Shown in pieces: positions 1 to 11,274 of a stretch of 41,720 nt of DNA. Below the pieces are notes generated by a model that saw only the letters and a list, made by a program, of their open reading frames with translations, did not search any database and had not been told where the DNA came from. The DNA is from a bacterium (GTDB lineage Bacteria; Zhuqueibacterota; Zhuqueibacteria; Oceanimicrobiales; Oceanimicrobiaceae). The translations under genes were made by a program, and so were the position numbers. The stretch covers positions 1 to 41,720 of the forward strand of contig JBHHXT010000024.1 in the NCBI GenBank assembly GCA_046757165.1, given 5' to 3'. Each line of letters begins with the position of its first letter. Within the stretch, counting starts at the first letter, position 1.

Positions 1-623
1 GCGAAACCACGCAGAATCTTGGCAGAGACACCGACGGCCACCTCCCGCGGTCCGAGTTTGAACAACCGGAACCCTCCAGAAACAGCAAGGCTCGAGACAG
101 CCCACCCTTCGCCGTTCGTATCGCCGATGGTGTACTGTCGTTCGAAATCGTTGCCGTACAGCAGTAGATCGGCGATATCTTTTGACAGGGAAAAGTCCGA
201 GGCAGCGTGCCCCGAGGCGGTAAAGGCCAGCGGGCCGATACTCAGGCCAGCCGCCTGAACTTCAGTGTTGAGGTTAAACCAAAGGCCCTCTGCCGGGATG
301 GAATTCATGATGTCTTGCTTGTCCTTCTCCGTCAGGTAGCTGCCACTGTACAGTTCATACCGGCTCTTGCTGAAGCTGTTGTTATGAATGCCCACGCCGA
401 TTGAGATCAGGTTCAGGCGTGGGACTTTTCTACCCGACAATCCGAGGTTGGCCGGGTTCCATGACGGGGCTTCCACGCCACGCGCCAGAGCGGTGTAGGC
501 GCCCCCCATGGCGACGCTGCGCGCATTTGATACGCCGTACTGCGCCTCGGCGTTGCGCGCAAGGATGGTGAGTGACAGAAAAAGTATGAACAAGTAGCTC
601 CATTGCCGCGCTGAGTGGTTCAT
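1..623 (-). CDS. Outer-membrane beta-barrel protein, FadL/PorV/DUF5723-like (partial, runs off window start)
   Basis: Not in the ORF track because it has no stop in the window. ATG at 623 is preceded by GGAGG. Manual translation MNHSARQWSYLFILFLSLTILARNAEAQYGVSNARSVAMGGAYTALARGVEAPSWNPANLG... gives a signal peptide plus the AR-x-x-AMGGA...WNPA-L N-terminal motif typical of FadL/PorV/DUF5723 barrels; the frame is open to position 1. Confidence 0.75.
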   Translation of the reverse strand, partial: MNHSARQWSYLFILFLSLTILARNAEAQYGVSNARSVAMGGAYTALARGVEAPSWNPANLGLSGRKVPRLNLISIGVGIHNNSFSKSRYELYSGSYLTEKDKQDIMNSIPAEGLWFNLNTEVQAAGLSIGPLAFTASGHAASDFSLSKDIADLLLYGNDFERQYTIGDTNGEGWAVSSLAVSGGFRLFKLGPREVAVGVSAKILRGF

Positions 624-637
624 CGACCGCCTCCTGA

Positions 638-2695
638 TTAATCCTGGTTCACCTTCACTTTGAGTTTCGTGTATGCCTTGATCTCGATATGATCAGATGC
701 TCGTACTTTCACAAACTTGCCATGCGTGCCATCGATTGCAACGCGCACGCCCGAGTACAAAGAATCTTGCAGGAAGGTGCGCATTTGTTCCTCGGTCAGA
801 GAAAAGGTCACCTCAGAGTTCTGTGCCTGTTCCACGTAGCCGTCCTCGTCGGTCGGGGCAGCCTCTGCTTGCAGCGGGCCAATCGTAAGAATGGGTTCAG
901 CATAGACCGTCGAATCGGTCTTTCCAAACATGACCTCTACGCTGGCCCCGATTGGAAGGTGATTGGAGATTTGCGCAAAAAAGCTGCCGTTGGACAGATT
1001 CTCGATGATGTCCTGTTTGACATCGTCACCGATATCCATCTTGTTGGGATCGGAGTCGATCTTTTGTGCCGGCAGCCGCAGCGAAAACGGCGCCGCGATC
1101 TTGACTTCGCCATCGACGAAATCGTCGGTGGAGACCGTCCCGATCCAGTTTGGGTCCCCGAGCTCAACCATGCCATTGATCTTGATGAGTGAGGGCAGGA
1201 TGCTGATGAACTCGCTAATGGTGCTGTTTTCGTTGTTCAGGACGATGGTCGTGGTTACGGGTTTGCCCGGCTCCAGTGCCGGTTGAATCGCTTTGTCGAT
1301 CCTGAGATATGACACGCTGCCACTCTCATTTTGCCCCTCGATGTCGAATGCGAGGCGTGCCGGGAAATTGATGCCGTTGTTGAGCACTAGTTCCAACTGT
1401 GCGGTTTCGAAGAAAATACTGTCCATATCCGCTGGAATGTCAAACTCGATATCCTTCTGCGAAATTTCGATATCCTGCTTGCCAATCTTGCCTGTCACAC
1501 GAGAAAATCGCAGATTTGTCAAACTGAAATCAGCGGTCATGACGTCGCTGCTGCGCACCAGAGCAAAGTTGTCACCGGTTTCAATAGTTTTGATGGTCCA
1601 GTTGAACCGGACCGTTTGCTTGGCGAAGTCAGCCATTTGTGGGCGCAGGGAAAAACCACTCAAGTTGATGAAATTGTTGATAGTCGAGTTTCTGGTGATG
1701 AGGAGAGAATCCAGGAACGAGGTGCCGGTTGCATCGAAAAAGTCTGGCAGTTCATAGATAAGCCAGGCATCCAACGGAATGTCGCCGCCAAGATTGAGTG
1801 CGATGGCCCCGCTATCCAACGCCGCTTCCACGACGACAAGGGAGTCTGTAATGGTGATCTCATCATCTCGTGAGACCACCTGGCGCGGAATCTTTGCCAG
1901 GGCCTCACGCGCTTTCAACTCGCTAATTTCTCCCCCCATGTCATAGCGACTGCTGGCGTCTATCGGCACCAGGTTGCCACTGCTGCCCGGCGAGACACCG
2001 GACATGCGGATGGAGAGTTGATTGGGAAGCTTGATGCCGGAGAGGTCCGAGGAAAAAGTCTGCGCTGAGCCGGCCTGGATCTGAGTGTTGTTCGTGATCC
2101 TCACGATCAGCGTGTCTGCAACGGTGTCCCACACCTCCAACGTAATCGGTGCGCCCAGGGGAATGACGAGTTGGTTGATAACATGGAGCGTGATCGACCC
2201 GGAGTCGATGACCACATAAGAGAAGTCTTCATACGCCTGCAGCGGTTTTTTTTCCGTCTCGAACGTGAAGCCGGGGATGATGACTGTTTGTCCGTCGAAG
2301 ATGTCGGCTTCGGAGTAAATTTCCCGCAGCTCCACACCGGTGAACTCCGAGCCGGGCGAATCGATGGTGAACGACCCCAAACTAAGTGTGAAATTGTCGC
2401 TTTGATCTTCGATGTCGAGTTGATCCCCGACAAGATATTCATCCAGCGCCGATGTTTGCTCGAAGGTCAACGTGCCCGTACTGTCTTCTGTGATCGCGTC
2501 CTCATCCTCTGCGATTTCGGACATGGTGTAGGTTTTGCTTATGAGCGGAATCGCGATCTCAACCTCCCAGGACGGGGAGCTGGGTTTTTCGAACGAACAG
2601 CAGAATATGAGTGGAAAAGTCAAAAGCAGCAACACCAAAGCGAGGCCGCTTCTGGCTGTGTCGTTCATCGCACGGGCGGCAAGTTTGTCCATCAT
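638..2695 (-). CDS. Large acidic beta-rich putative lipoprotein, uncharacterised (685 aa)
   Basis: Long ORF with a hydrophobic N-terminus ending LIFCC (lipoprotein-like), followed by P-S-W-x-V-x-x-x-IPL; stop lies 14 nt upstream of the barrel gene start. Confidence 0.75.
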   Translation of the reverse strand: MMDKLAARAMNDTARSGLALVLLLLTFPLIFCCSFEKPSSPSWEVEIAIPLISKTYTMSEIAEDEDAITEDSTGTLTFEQTSALDEYLVGDQLDIEDQSDNFTLSLGSFTIDSPGSEFTGVELREIYSEADIFDGQTVIIPGFTFETEKKPLQAYEDFSYVVIDSGSITLHVINQLVIPLGAPITLEVWDTVADTLIVRITNNTQIQAGSAQTFSSDLSGIKLPNQLSIRMSGVSPGSSGNLVPIDASSRYDMGGEISELKAREALAKIPRQVVSRDDEITITDSLVVVEAALDSGAIALNLGGDIPLDAWLIYELPDFFDATGTSFLDSLLITRNSTINNFINLSGFSLRPQMADFAKQTVRFNWTIKTIETGDNFALVRSSDVMTADFSLTNLRFSRVTGKIGKQDIEISQKDIEFDIPADMDSIFFETAQLELVLNNGINFPARLAFDIEGQNESGSVSYLRIDKAIQPALEPGKPVTTTIVLNNENSTISEFISILPSLIKINGMVELGDPNWIGTVSTDDFVDGEVKIAAPFSLRLPAQKIDSDPNKMDIGDDVKQDIIENLSNGSFFAQISNHLPIGASVEVMFGKTDSTVYAEPILTIGPLQAEAAPTDEDGYVEQAQNSEVTFSLTEEQMRTFLQDSLYSGVRVAIDGTHGKFVKVRASDHIEIKAYTKLKVKVNQD

Positions 2696-2912
2696 GGTCC
2701 CTCAGATTTAACCTTGCGAAAAGCGGGTTGGCATATCTTTATTCTTTTCGGTTGGATCGGAGGTTTACTTTAGATGGCAGGAACTCGTAGATTCGGGCTA
2801 TCGTCTTGAAGTAAAAGTACATAACACGGGGAAGGGCTGCGTAAGAGGCAGAGGAATTCTTACAGATTCTTAGAAGATGTTCGGCGAGGCGGGGAGTGAA
2901 CGAGCTGGAAGG

Positions 2913-2951
2913 AATCAAGAATGCCCCACACACCTTGGTGTGCATGGGGCA
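2913..2951 (-). terminator. Probable intrinsic terminator downstream of ahcY
   Basis: Minus strand TGCCCCATGCAC-ACCAAG-GTGTGTGGGGCA (12-bp stem with 2 G-U pairs) followed by TTCTTGATT. Confidence 0.5.
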
Positions 2952-3099
2952 GGTGGCGGACAATGGTCCGACGCCGTTTGTAACGGTGTCTTTGTAAGTC
3001 CATTTTAATCAAATGGACAACCAGCTTAGTCAAAACACGGTCAGAGACCGTGTTGGATCATTTTCGGACGACCTTTTTGTCGTTTACTCAATAGTCGGA

Positions 3100-4398
<1,299 letters not shown>

Positions 4399-4412
4399 TT
4401 AGTTCTTAACCC

Positions 4413-5549
4413 CTATCCTCTTTTCAAGCTCTCAGCCCGGTCGGTCTTTTCCCACGTGAACTCCTTGTCATTGCGGCCAAAGTGGCCGTAGGCGGCGGTC
4501 TTCTTGTAAATCGGCCGCCGCAGGTTCAGCATGTGGATGATTCCTTTGGGGGTCAGGTCGAAATTGCGCGCGACCAGGGCGGAGATTTCTTCGTCATGCA
4601 TCTGTCCGGTGCCAAACGATTCAACGCGGATGGAAACCGGCTCGGCCACGCCGATAGCATAGGCGAGCTGGATTTCGCACCTGTCGGCAAGCCCGGCCGC
4701 AACGATATTCTTGGCAACATAGCGAGCCGCGTAAGTTGCGGAGCGGTCCACCTTGGTGGGATCTTTGCCTGAGAACGCTCCCCCGCCATGCCTGCCGACG
4801 CCGCCATAGGTGTCCACGATGATCTTGCGGCCCGTCAGTCCAGTGTCTCCATGCGGGCCTCCGACCACAAAGCGACCGGTGGGGTTGATATGGTAGACGA
4901 CGTTGTTTTCGTCATGAAAGTCAGCGGGCAGCGTCGGCTTGATGATTTTTTCAATGACATCGTTGCGGATTGTCTCCTGGCTGACGTCCGGCTCATGCTG
5001 GGTTGAAATGACGACGGTTTCGATCTTTACCGGCTTGTTGGCGACGTAGCGCACGCTCACCTGAGATTTGCCGTCCGGCCGAATATAGGGCAAGATTCCC
5101 CGTTTTCTCACCTCAGCCAGGCGCATGGTCAACTTGTGCGCCAGCATGATGGGCAGCGGCATGAGCTCTTTTGTTTCTTTGGTGGCGTAGCCGAACATCA
5201 TGCCCTGGTCGCCGGCGCCTTCCCGGTCCACGCCCATGGCGATGTCCGGGGACTGTGTTTGAATGGTATTCAACACGGCGCAGGTTTTATAATCGAAGCC
5301 AAAGCTGGCATCGGTGTAGCCGATTTCCTCGACAACCCCTCTGACCAGTTGCGGAATGTCGACATAGGTGGTGGTGGTGACTTCACCCCCGATGAGTACC
5401 AGACCTGTTGTCACAAACGTTTCACAGGCAACACGTCCGTTTGGGTCCTTTTCGAATATTGCATCGAGCACGCCGTCAGATATTTGATCGGCGATCTTAT
5501 CCGGGTGTCCTTCTGTGACAGACTCGGAGGTAAAAAGCATTGAAGACAT
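4413..5549 (-). CDS. metK: S-adenosylmethionine synthetase
   Basis: [64 protein letters not shown]. Confidence 0.98.
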   Translation of the reverse strand: MSSMLFTSESVTEGHPDKIADQISDGVLDAIFEKDPNGRVACETFVTTGLVLIGGEVTTTTYVDIPQLVRGVVEEIGYTDASFGFDYKTCAVLNTIQTQSPDIAMGVDREGAGDQGMMFGYATKETKELMPLPIMLAHKLTMRLAEVRKRGILPYIRPDGKSQVSVRYVANKPVKIETVVISTQHEPDVSQETIRNDVIEKIIKPTLPADFHDENNVVYHINPTGRFVVGGPHGDTGLTGRKIIVDTYGGVGRHGGGAFSGKDPTKVDRSATYAARYVAKNIVAAGLADRCEIQLAYAIGVAEPVSIRVESFGTGQMHDEEISALVARNFDLTPKGIIHMLNLRRPIYKKTAAYGHFGRNDKEFTWEKTDRAESLKRG

Positions 5550-5561
5550 AAGCTGCTCCTT

Positions 5562-6503
5562 TCACGATTGCAGGTTCAATGAATGTTGCGTTGGGAGAGT
5601 GGCGAGAATGCTTGCATGCAACTTGCGATTGCTGGCCGCGACACAGGACAGGACCGCCTTTTTCCCTTGTTGGATTAAGAATACCTCCTCCAGACTCTCC
5701 CCGTAAGCGTCGGTAATAATCCCTCCAGCTTCCCTTAGGATAATATAGGCGCCGGCCAGGTCATACGGAAACGTTCCCATGATTTTGTCCGAGCCAATTT
5801 GCCTGAATTCAGCCTCGCTTTGCGGAAAATCTTGTAGAATGCGGGCGCCGACATCGATGTAAGCGTCGAGTTGTCCTGTGACGATTCTCGTTAGCGAGTA
5901 GGCTGAGCTGTTGAACAAGAACGCCGCGGCGGCCATGCCGGAACTGTCGATGAGGTCGGCCAGGTAGTGCATGACACGCTGAGCGGGTCGTCCAATGGTA
6001 TCAAAGCTCCAAAACATCCTGGCAAGGTCATCGTTAGCGGAAAGGCGCACGACTGAATCTGTGCTATGATTGCTGTGCACAAATTTATCGCGCTCAGCAT
6101 AAAACCAGTCGCCTGTCTTGATTTCTAAAACAACGCCAGCCAGGATAGTTCCAAATGTTGCGATCTTTGAATAGCTACATAACGCGATCGAAACCACAGC
6201 GGTCTCGAGGCCGCATACCAGCGGCCGGGTGCCATCGATCGGGTCAACAATCAACAGCCACTGGGGCTGCGGACCAAACTTGACCAACCCTTTGTCTTCA
6301 GAGAAATAGGCGAGGTTGCGGTGAGACTGCTCGATCGTCCGCTGCAAAGCGTCTTCGGCAACAGAGTCGATTTCAAAGGTCGTGTCGCCGCTGAATGCGA
6401 TTCGGCTCGCATCTCGTGCGCTTGCTTGACTGACATGAGGGAGGATGGCCGTTCGGATATCCTGTGCGAATTCGATGATAAACTCAAACTGCGGCTCTTC
6501 CAT
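5562..6503 (-). CDS. Inositol monophosphatase / FBPase (FIG superfamily) protein
   Basis: GDTTFEIDSVAE, SED, DPIDGT metal-binding motif, and a YDLAGA variant of WDxAAG followed by EAGG. Confidence 0.85.
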   Translation of the reverse strand: MEEPQFEFIIEFAQDIRTAILPHVSQASARDASRIAFSGDTTFEIDSVAEDALQRTIEQSHRNLAYFSEDKGLVKFGPQPQWLLIVDPIDGTRPLVCGLETAVVSIALCSYSKIATFGTILAGVVLEIKTGDWFYAERDKFVHSNHSTDSVVRLSANDDLARMFWSFDTIGRPAQRVMHYLADLIDSSGMAAAAFLFNSSAYSLTRIVTGQLDAYIDVGARILQDFPQSEAEFRQIGSDKIMGTFPYDLAGAYIILREAGGIITDAYGESLEEVFLIQQGKKAVLSCVAASNRKLHASILATLPTQHSLNLQS

Positions 6504-6516
6504 GAGAGTTCAGCTC

Positions 6517-8289
6517 TTAAGCACTCAAATCGGCAAACATAGGCCGCATGATCTTGGTCATAAACCGTTCAACATCAGCGGCATTTCCAAACTGCAGCGC
6601 CTTGTTGGCGATTCTGACCGCCTCGCGATAGTCCGTCGACCGGATGATTTTCTTGATTTGTGGCAGCAACATCGGACTCACACTAAATTCATCCAGGTCC
6701 AGCCCAAGCAGAATCACAGCCGCCAGAGGGTCGCTCGCCATTTCTCCGCACATGCCGACCCAGACTCCAGCCTGATGCCCTGCATTGATGATCTGTTTGA
6801 TCATGCGCAGAACGGCCGGGTGGAGGTGCTTGTACAAATAAGCAATGCGCTCATTCCCCCGGTCGACCGCCAGAACGTATTGCACCAGGTCGTTGGTTCC
6901 GATGCTTAGAAAATCCACTTGTTCAGCGATCTTGTCTGCAAGCAGCGCGGCTGAAGGCACTTCAACCATGACGCCGCACTCGATGTTTTCGTCAAACGGG
7001 AGCGTTTCTTCGCGCAGCTCCGCTTTTGCGCGCTCCAGGGCAAGCTTGCACTCATGTAATTCATTCAGGCCTGAAATCATCGGAAACAAAATCTTGACAT
7101 TCCTGTCGTGGCTCGCACGCAGAATGGCCCGCAACTGCACGTGGAAAATGTCCGGTCGTTCCAGACAGATGCGAATGGCACGCCAGCCAAGGAACGGATT
7201 CTCCTCAGGGGGAATGACAATGGATTCCGGATGCTTGTCTCCTCCCAGATCCATAGTACGAATAATGACGGGTTCTGGCGAAATCTTGCTGATGATTTTC
7301 TGGTATTCTTTCAGTTGTTCTTCCTCGCTCGGGAGCTTGGAGCTGGCGAGATACAGGTAGTCTGTGCGGTAGAGCCCAATGCCACGTGCTCCATGAGACC
7401 TGGCGGATTCGACTTCGTCAGAAAATTCGAGATTGGCAGAAAGCTCTATCTCCTTGCCGTCCAGTGTGATACAGGGCAGATCCCGGATCGCGGCCAGTTT
7501 GCGCTCCACATCACTGTGCTTTTCCTGTTTCTTGCGGTAGTGTTCAATCGTCTTTTCGTCCGGGTCGATCAAAACATGGCCCTCAGTACCGTCGATGATG
7601 ATGCGCGCTTCTGGCTTCGCGACGTGCGAGATGCGCCGTAAGCCAACCACTGCAGGCACTTGCATCGAGCGCGCCATGATGGCCACATGAGAGGTGCGGC
7701 CGCCGAGGTCGGTGGCAAACCCCATGACTTTGTGCTGGTCGAGTTTTACCGTGTCAGACGGTGTCAAATCTATCGCCACGATCACCGCAGAGCCTTCGAA
7801 TTTGTTCAAATAATCGGTGCGATCGCCCTGGATATGGCGGATCACCCTGCGTTTGACATCTTTGAGATCCGAGATCCGGCTCTGAAACAACTCATGCGAA
7901 CTCTCGTTCAGTGAGTTTTGATACTTTGCCATGATATCATAAAATGCGCAGTCAGCGCTTTTATTTTCACGCTTGATGTCGCCAATGGTCTCCTCAATGA
8001 TCTCACTGTCTTCCAGAAGTAACTGGTGCACATCAAAGATTCGCGCGCTGTCCTGACCGATGCGGTGCGCTACTTTGCTCTGCAGCATGCGCAGCTCGCT
8101 TTTCGCCCTCTCAACGGCCTGCCTGAATTTCTCGACTTCGGCTTCAACCTTTGACTCGTCGATGATGGTGGGGTCAATCTTCACCGACTCGCCCTGCAGC
8201 AAGAACACCTTGGAAATGGCGACCCCGGGAGATACAGCGATGCCTCTGAGGATACAGGCACACTTAACCTTGTGCTTTGTTTTGTCCAC
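6517..8289 (-). CDS. ptsI: PEP-protein phosphotransferase (PTS enzyme I)
   Basis: GIAVSPG, GGRTSHVAIMARS (phospho-His), GIGLYRT, RTMDLGGDK, ENPFLGWRAIR, MVEVPS, SIGTNDL, GMCGEMA. Confidence 0.96.
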   Translation of the reverse strand: MDKTKHKVKCACILRGIAVSPGVAISKVFLLQGESVKIDPTIIDESKVEAEVEKFRQAVERAKSELRMLQSKVAHRIGQDSARIFDVHQLLLEDSEIIEETIGDIKRENKSADCAFYDIMAKYQNSLNESSHELFQSRISDLKDVKRRVIRHIQGDRTDYLNKFEGSAVIVAIDLTPSDTVKLDQHKVMGFATDLGGRTSHVAIMARSMQVPAVVGLRRISHVAKPEARIIIDGTEGHVLIDPDEKTIEHYRKKQEKHSDVERKLAAIRDLPCITLDGKEIELSANLEFSDEVESARSHGARGIGLYRTDYLYLASSKLPSEEEQLKEYQKIISKISPEPVIIRTMDLGGDKHPESIVIPPEENPFLGWRAIRICLERPDIFHVQLRAILRASHDRNVKILFPMISGLNELHECKLALERAKAELREETLPFDENIECGVMVEVPSAALLADKIAEQVDFLSIGTNDLVQYVLAVDRGNERIAYLYKHLHPAVLRMIKQIINAGHQAGVWVGMCGEMASDPLAAVILLGLDLDEFSVSPMLLPQIKKIIRSTDYREAVRIANKALQFGNAADVERFMTKIMRPMFADLSA

Positions 8290-8302
8290 TCAGGCTACCC
8301 GA

Positions 8303-8569
8303 TCACTCCTCATTAAACTTGCTTTCGATCAAGCCGAGTAAAGCGTTCAGGGCATCCTCTTCATCTTCGCCTTTCACGGTCAAGGTGAGCTTGCTTCCCA
8401 TTTCGGCAGCCAGCATCATGACCCCCATGATGCTTTTGCCATTCACTTCTTGCTCATCTCTGCCGAGGAACACATCCGACTTGAATTTTGCCGCCGTCTT
8501 GACGAACAGCGCTGCCGGCCTGGCATGGAGTCCTAACTTATTCTTTATGGTGACTTTTTCCTGAATCAT
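8303..8569 (-). CDS. ptsH: Phosphocarrier protein HPr
   Basis: GLHARPA (His15) and NGKSIMGVMML (Ser46) signatures; 88 aa. Confidence 0.96.
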   Translation of the reverse strand: MIQEKVTIKNKLGLHARPAALFVKTAAKFKSDVFLGRDEQEVNGKSIMGVMMLAAEMGSKLTLTVKGEDEEDALNALLGLIESKFNEE

Positions 8570-8606
8570 GTAACCACACGTCTATGTTGCGACCGTCGCC
8601 GGAACA

Positions 8607-9350
8607 TCAAGTAAAGAATCCGCCTACAACTGCACTCACGAGTATCAAAACCACAAGCATCGCTGGCACCAACGCCTTCTTGCGAAAACAAGAAAACGCA
8701 CCGCCTGAGCTCAGAACGAAAGCAGCCATTTCGGCCCGATGGTCTATCTGCGTCGACACGGTTAATACAAAAACCAAGCCCACCAGAAACGCACCGATTT
8801 GCAGCAGACGGTCATTGATTTGATGAAACCGCTTAAAAGAGAGTTCTTTAGCCGTGTCGAGTCCTTTGCGGTATCCGCTCAGTACCCCCTTGGTTCGCAT
8901 GTAAAAGTGGGGTAGATTGTAGACGGTCAGGAAAACAACTACCCCCGCGATCTGGAAATAAAGGGCCACGCCAAAACCGAGCAACGCGGCCAAGGGCTTG
9001 ATAAGGCTCCAAAACAACTGGTCGCCGATGGCAGCCAGGAGCTCACTCATTTTCTTCTTGAAGCGCTCGCTTTGCTGCAAGTACACCGTCTGCCGCGCCA
9101 CCCCCTGTTCCTCCAGGCTCATGACCGCGCCGATAATCCAGCCGGCCATGTACGGGTGCGTGTTAAAAAAACCAAGATGCCTTTTTAGGAAACAGCTTAT
9201 CTCGGCAGAATCCTTCAACTTTTTGCGCGCGAACGGGATTAAGCAGAAACAATAGCCCAAGCCGAGCATTCTCTCATAGTTCCAGGTCCCCTGAATGTAC
9301 AAAGAGCGGTGAACAATTTTCAGCAGGTCATAAGTGCTAAGCGCTGCCAT
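8607..9350 (-). CDS. PTS mannose/fructose/sorbose family IID component
   Basis: QGTWNYERMLGLG, RHLGFFNTHP and AIGDQLFW motifs of EIID-Man. Confidence 0.9.
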   Translation of the reverse strand: MAALSTYDLLKIVHRSLYIQGTWNYERMLGLGYCFCLIPFARKKLKDSAEISCFLKRHLGFFNTHPYMAGWIIGAVMSLEEQGVARQTVYLQQSERFKKKMSELLAAIGDQLFWSLIKPLAALLGFGVALYFQIAGVVVFLTVYNLPHFYMRTKGVLSGYRKGLDTAKELSFKRFHQINDRLLQIGAFLVGLVFVLTVSTQIDHRAEMAAFVLSSGGAFSCFRKKALVPAMLVVLILVSAVVGGFFT

Positions 9351-9355
9351 TCCTT

Positions 9356-10060
9356 TTACCCGACCGTTAGAAGCAACAGGGTGATTGAGGCCAGTACAAC
9401 CCCCATGATGGCTGGCTTTCTCGAGCGTTTTCTTACAAACAGCCGCGCCACCGCACCGACGCCTGCACCGAGAAGTACGGGCTTGACCAGAAACAGATTC
9501 GAGTCGAAACGTTCAGGGATCAAAGCAATTGCTTCATACAAAACAGTTCTTCCCAACAAGAGAAAAAGACCACAGAAAAGAACACCAAAAAACAATGAAT
9601 TCAGCACGCCCAGGTAGTTCAAAGCCGAAATTCGACCCATGCTGCCCTCGTCGGCTGCGCGATCTGCCTGTTTGGAGAGCAACAAGTTAACGTATCTGAG
9701 CCAGGCCAAAAGCGGGGTTGCGAACCAGCTCAGGAGAATGCCAAACAGCAGACTGGCGACCAGCACGATGCTGGTTTTTCCCACAAGAAGCGGTGTCAAT
9801 TGCAGGGCCACGCCACCCGCAATGAAGGCGCCCAGGTTTCCCATCGATACATTGCTGCCGCCGATGGGGGCCTCCACTAAATAGGGGAGTTGTAGCAGAA
9901 GCCCGACCGTCAACCCCAGGGTCATGTTTCCGAACAAAAACCCCGCAGCCGTGCAAGCCACCAGGGGCTGCGATATCATCGATTGCCAGGCGGCATCCGT
10001 ATCGGCGGAGACAAAGCCGCCCATCAGACAGTATAACATCAGACTCATCTCTGTAGACAT
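9356..10060 (-). CDS. PTS mannose/fructose/sorbose family IIC component
   Basis: Highly hydrophobic; QSMISQPLV and GLLLQL...PIGG resemble EIIC-Man; directly upstream of IID. Confidence 0.85.
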   Translation of the reverse strand: MSTEMSLMLYCLMGGFVSADTDAAWQSMISQPLVACTAAGFLFGNMTLGLTVGLLLQLPYLVEAPIGGSNVSMGNLGAFIAGGVALQLTPLLVGKTSIVLVASLLFGILLSWFATPLLAWLRYVNLLLSKQADRAADEGSMGRISALNYLGVLNSLFFGVLFCGLFLLLGRTVLYEAIALIPERFDSNLFLVKPVLLGAGVGAVARLFVRKRSRKPAIMGVVLASITLLLLTVG

Positions 10061-10083
10061 ACGAGTCGTCTTAGTGTGTCGCG

Positions 10084-11088
10084 TTAAGAAATTCGAGTTG
10101 AAACGTAGCGAAGCAGACTCATGAGCTTTTCCTTCGCCAACGTGTAACCGAGTTGTTCCAGGCTCTTCTCGGCGGCTGCCGTGTACTGTTTTATGGCGGC
10201 CTTCGCAGACTGAATAGAACCGACTCTGTCGAAAATGCTTTTCACCGCTGCGACTTGTGCGTGATTGAATTCTGTTTCTGACAAAAGCTGCTGGAGTTGT
10301 GCTTTGCTGTCGCTATCAGCGTGACGCCAGGCGTGCACCAGCAAATATGTTTGCTTGCGTTGTTGAATGTCGCTACCAAATGTCTTCCCTAACGTTCCCT
10401 CATTCGAGGTGATGTCGAGAAGGTCGTCCTGGATTTGAAAGGCACAGCCCAGGTTGTTTGCAAAATCGCCGAGCGCTTTGACTTCGTCAGCGCCGCCGTT
10501 GCCGATGAGCGCCCCGATCTCTGCCGAAATCGCAAGCAGCCGCGCGGTCTTTTTTTGAATCATGGCCAGGTAGTCGTCTAATCCCACCGCCTCTCGTTTT
10601 TCGAATTCCAGGTCGAGCGCCTGCCCTTCACAGACGGCCAGAATGCCATTGGTAAAGATGTTGGTGATTTCATGAATTCGTGCAGATTGTGTTCGCAGCA
10701 GAGTCTGGTAGGACAGAGCAAACAATCCATCGCCTGCTAGAATCGCCAGCGCCTGGTTCCACTTCTTGTGGAGAGTCAGCCGCCCACGCCGCTTGTCGTC
10801 TTCATCCATAATGTCGTCGTGCACCAGCGTGAAATTGTGCACCAGCTCGACCGCCACGGCCGCATCCAACGCCCACTCTGGCTTCCCGCCAACGGCCTGG
10901 CAGCTCAGCAGAACCATCACAGGACGAATGCGTTTTCCTCCACCTTGCAAGACATATCTGATAGGCTCGTAGAGGAGGGCCGGCTTTTGCGTCTCAACGA
11001 TGTTTGCTAACCGCTCGTTGATTTTCTGCCGCCATCCCCGCAGCACGTCTTTGAAGGTTTCCTCCACGTCCGGTCGTGAGTCTGTCAA
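10084..11088 (-). CDS. Polyprenyl (geranylgeranyl/farnesyl) diphosphate synthase
   Basis: GGKRIRP, first Asp-rich motif VHDDIMDEDDKRRG, GQALD, KKTA, second motif FQIQDDLLD. Confidence 0.93.
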   Translation of the reverse strand: MTDSRPDVEETFKDVLRGWRQKINERLANIVETQKPALLYEPIRYVLQGGGKRIRPVMVLLSCQAVGGKPEWALDAAVAVELVHNFTLVHDDIMDEDDKRRGRLTLHKKWNQALAILAGDGLFALSYQTLLRTQSARIHEITNIFTNGILAVCEGQALDLEFEKREAVGLDDYLAMIQKKTARLLAISAEIGALIGNGGADEVKALGDFANNLGCAFQIQDDLLDITSNEGTLGKTFGSDIQQRKQTYLLVHAWRHADSDSKAQLQQLLSETEFNHAQVAAVKSIFDRVGSIQSAKAAIKQYTAAAEKSLEQLGYTLAKEKLMSLLRYVSTRIS

Positions 11089-11126
11089 TTTAGGAGATCG
11101 AAGTTAGTTAACTTTCATGAACTGGA

Positions 11127-11155
11127 AAAATAGAGAATTCCGGACACTTAATCAA
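11127..11155 (-). promoter_or_regulatory. Putative sigma70 promoter for the polyprenyl synthase-PTS-metK-ahcY operon
   Basis: Minus strand TTGATT-N17-TATTTT in an AT-rich intergenic region. Confidence 0.4.
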
Positions 11156-11188
11156 GTAAAAGTTTAATAATTCTAATAATAGGGCGGC

Positions 11189-11214
11189 AAAAAAAAGCCA
11201 GCAAGTGCTGGCTT
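11189..11214 (-). terminator. Intrinsic terminator after the TolC-family gene
   Basis: Minus strand AAGCCAGCA-CT-TGCTGGCTT hairpin running into a poly-T tract. Confidence 0.75.
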
Positions 11215-11274
11215 GTGTTGTGCAATCATCTCGATTGCGGGGGTGTTGTCTCGCTGAAGAGATGAGACGCGGGC

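Noticed and set aside
2922..3083. CRISPR-like array
   Set aside because: The hairpins are not copies of one repeat, there is no repeat-spacer periodicity and no cas genes.
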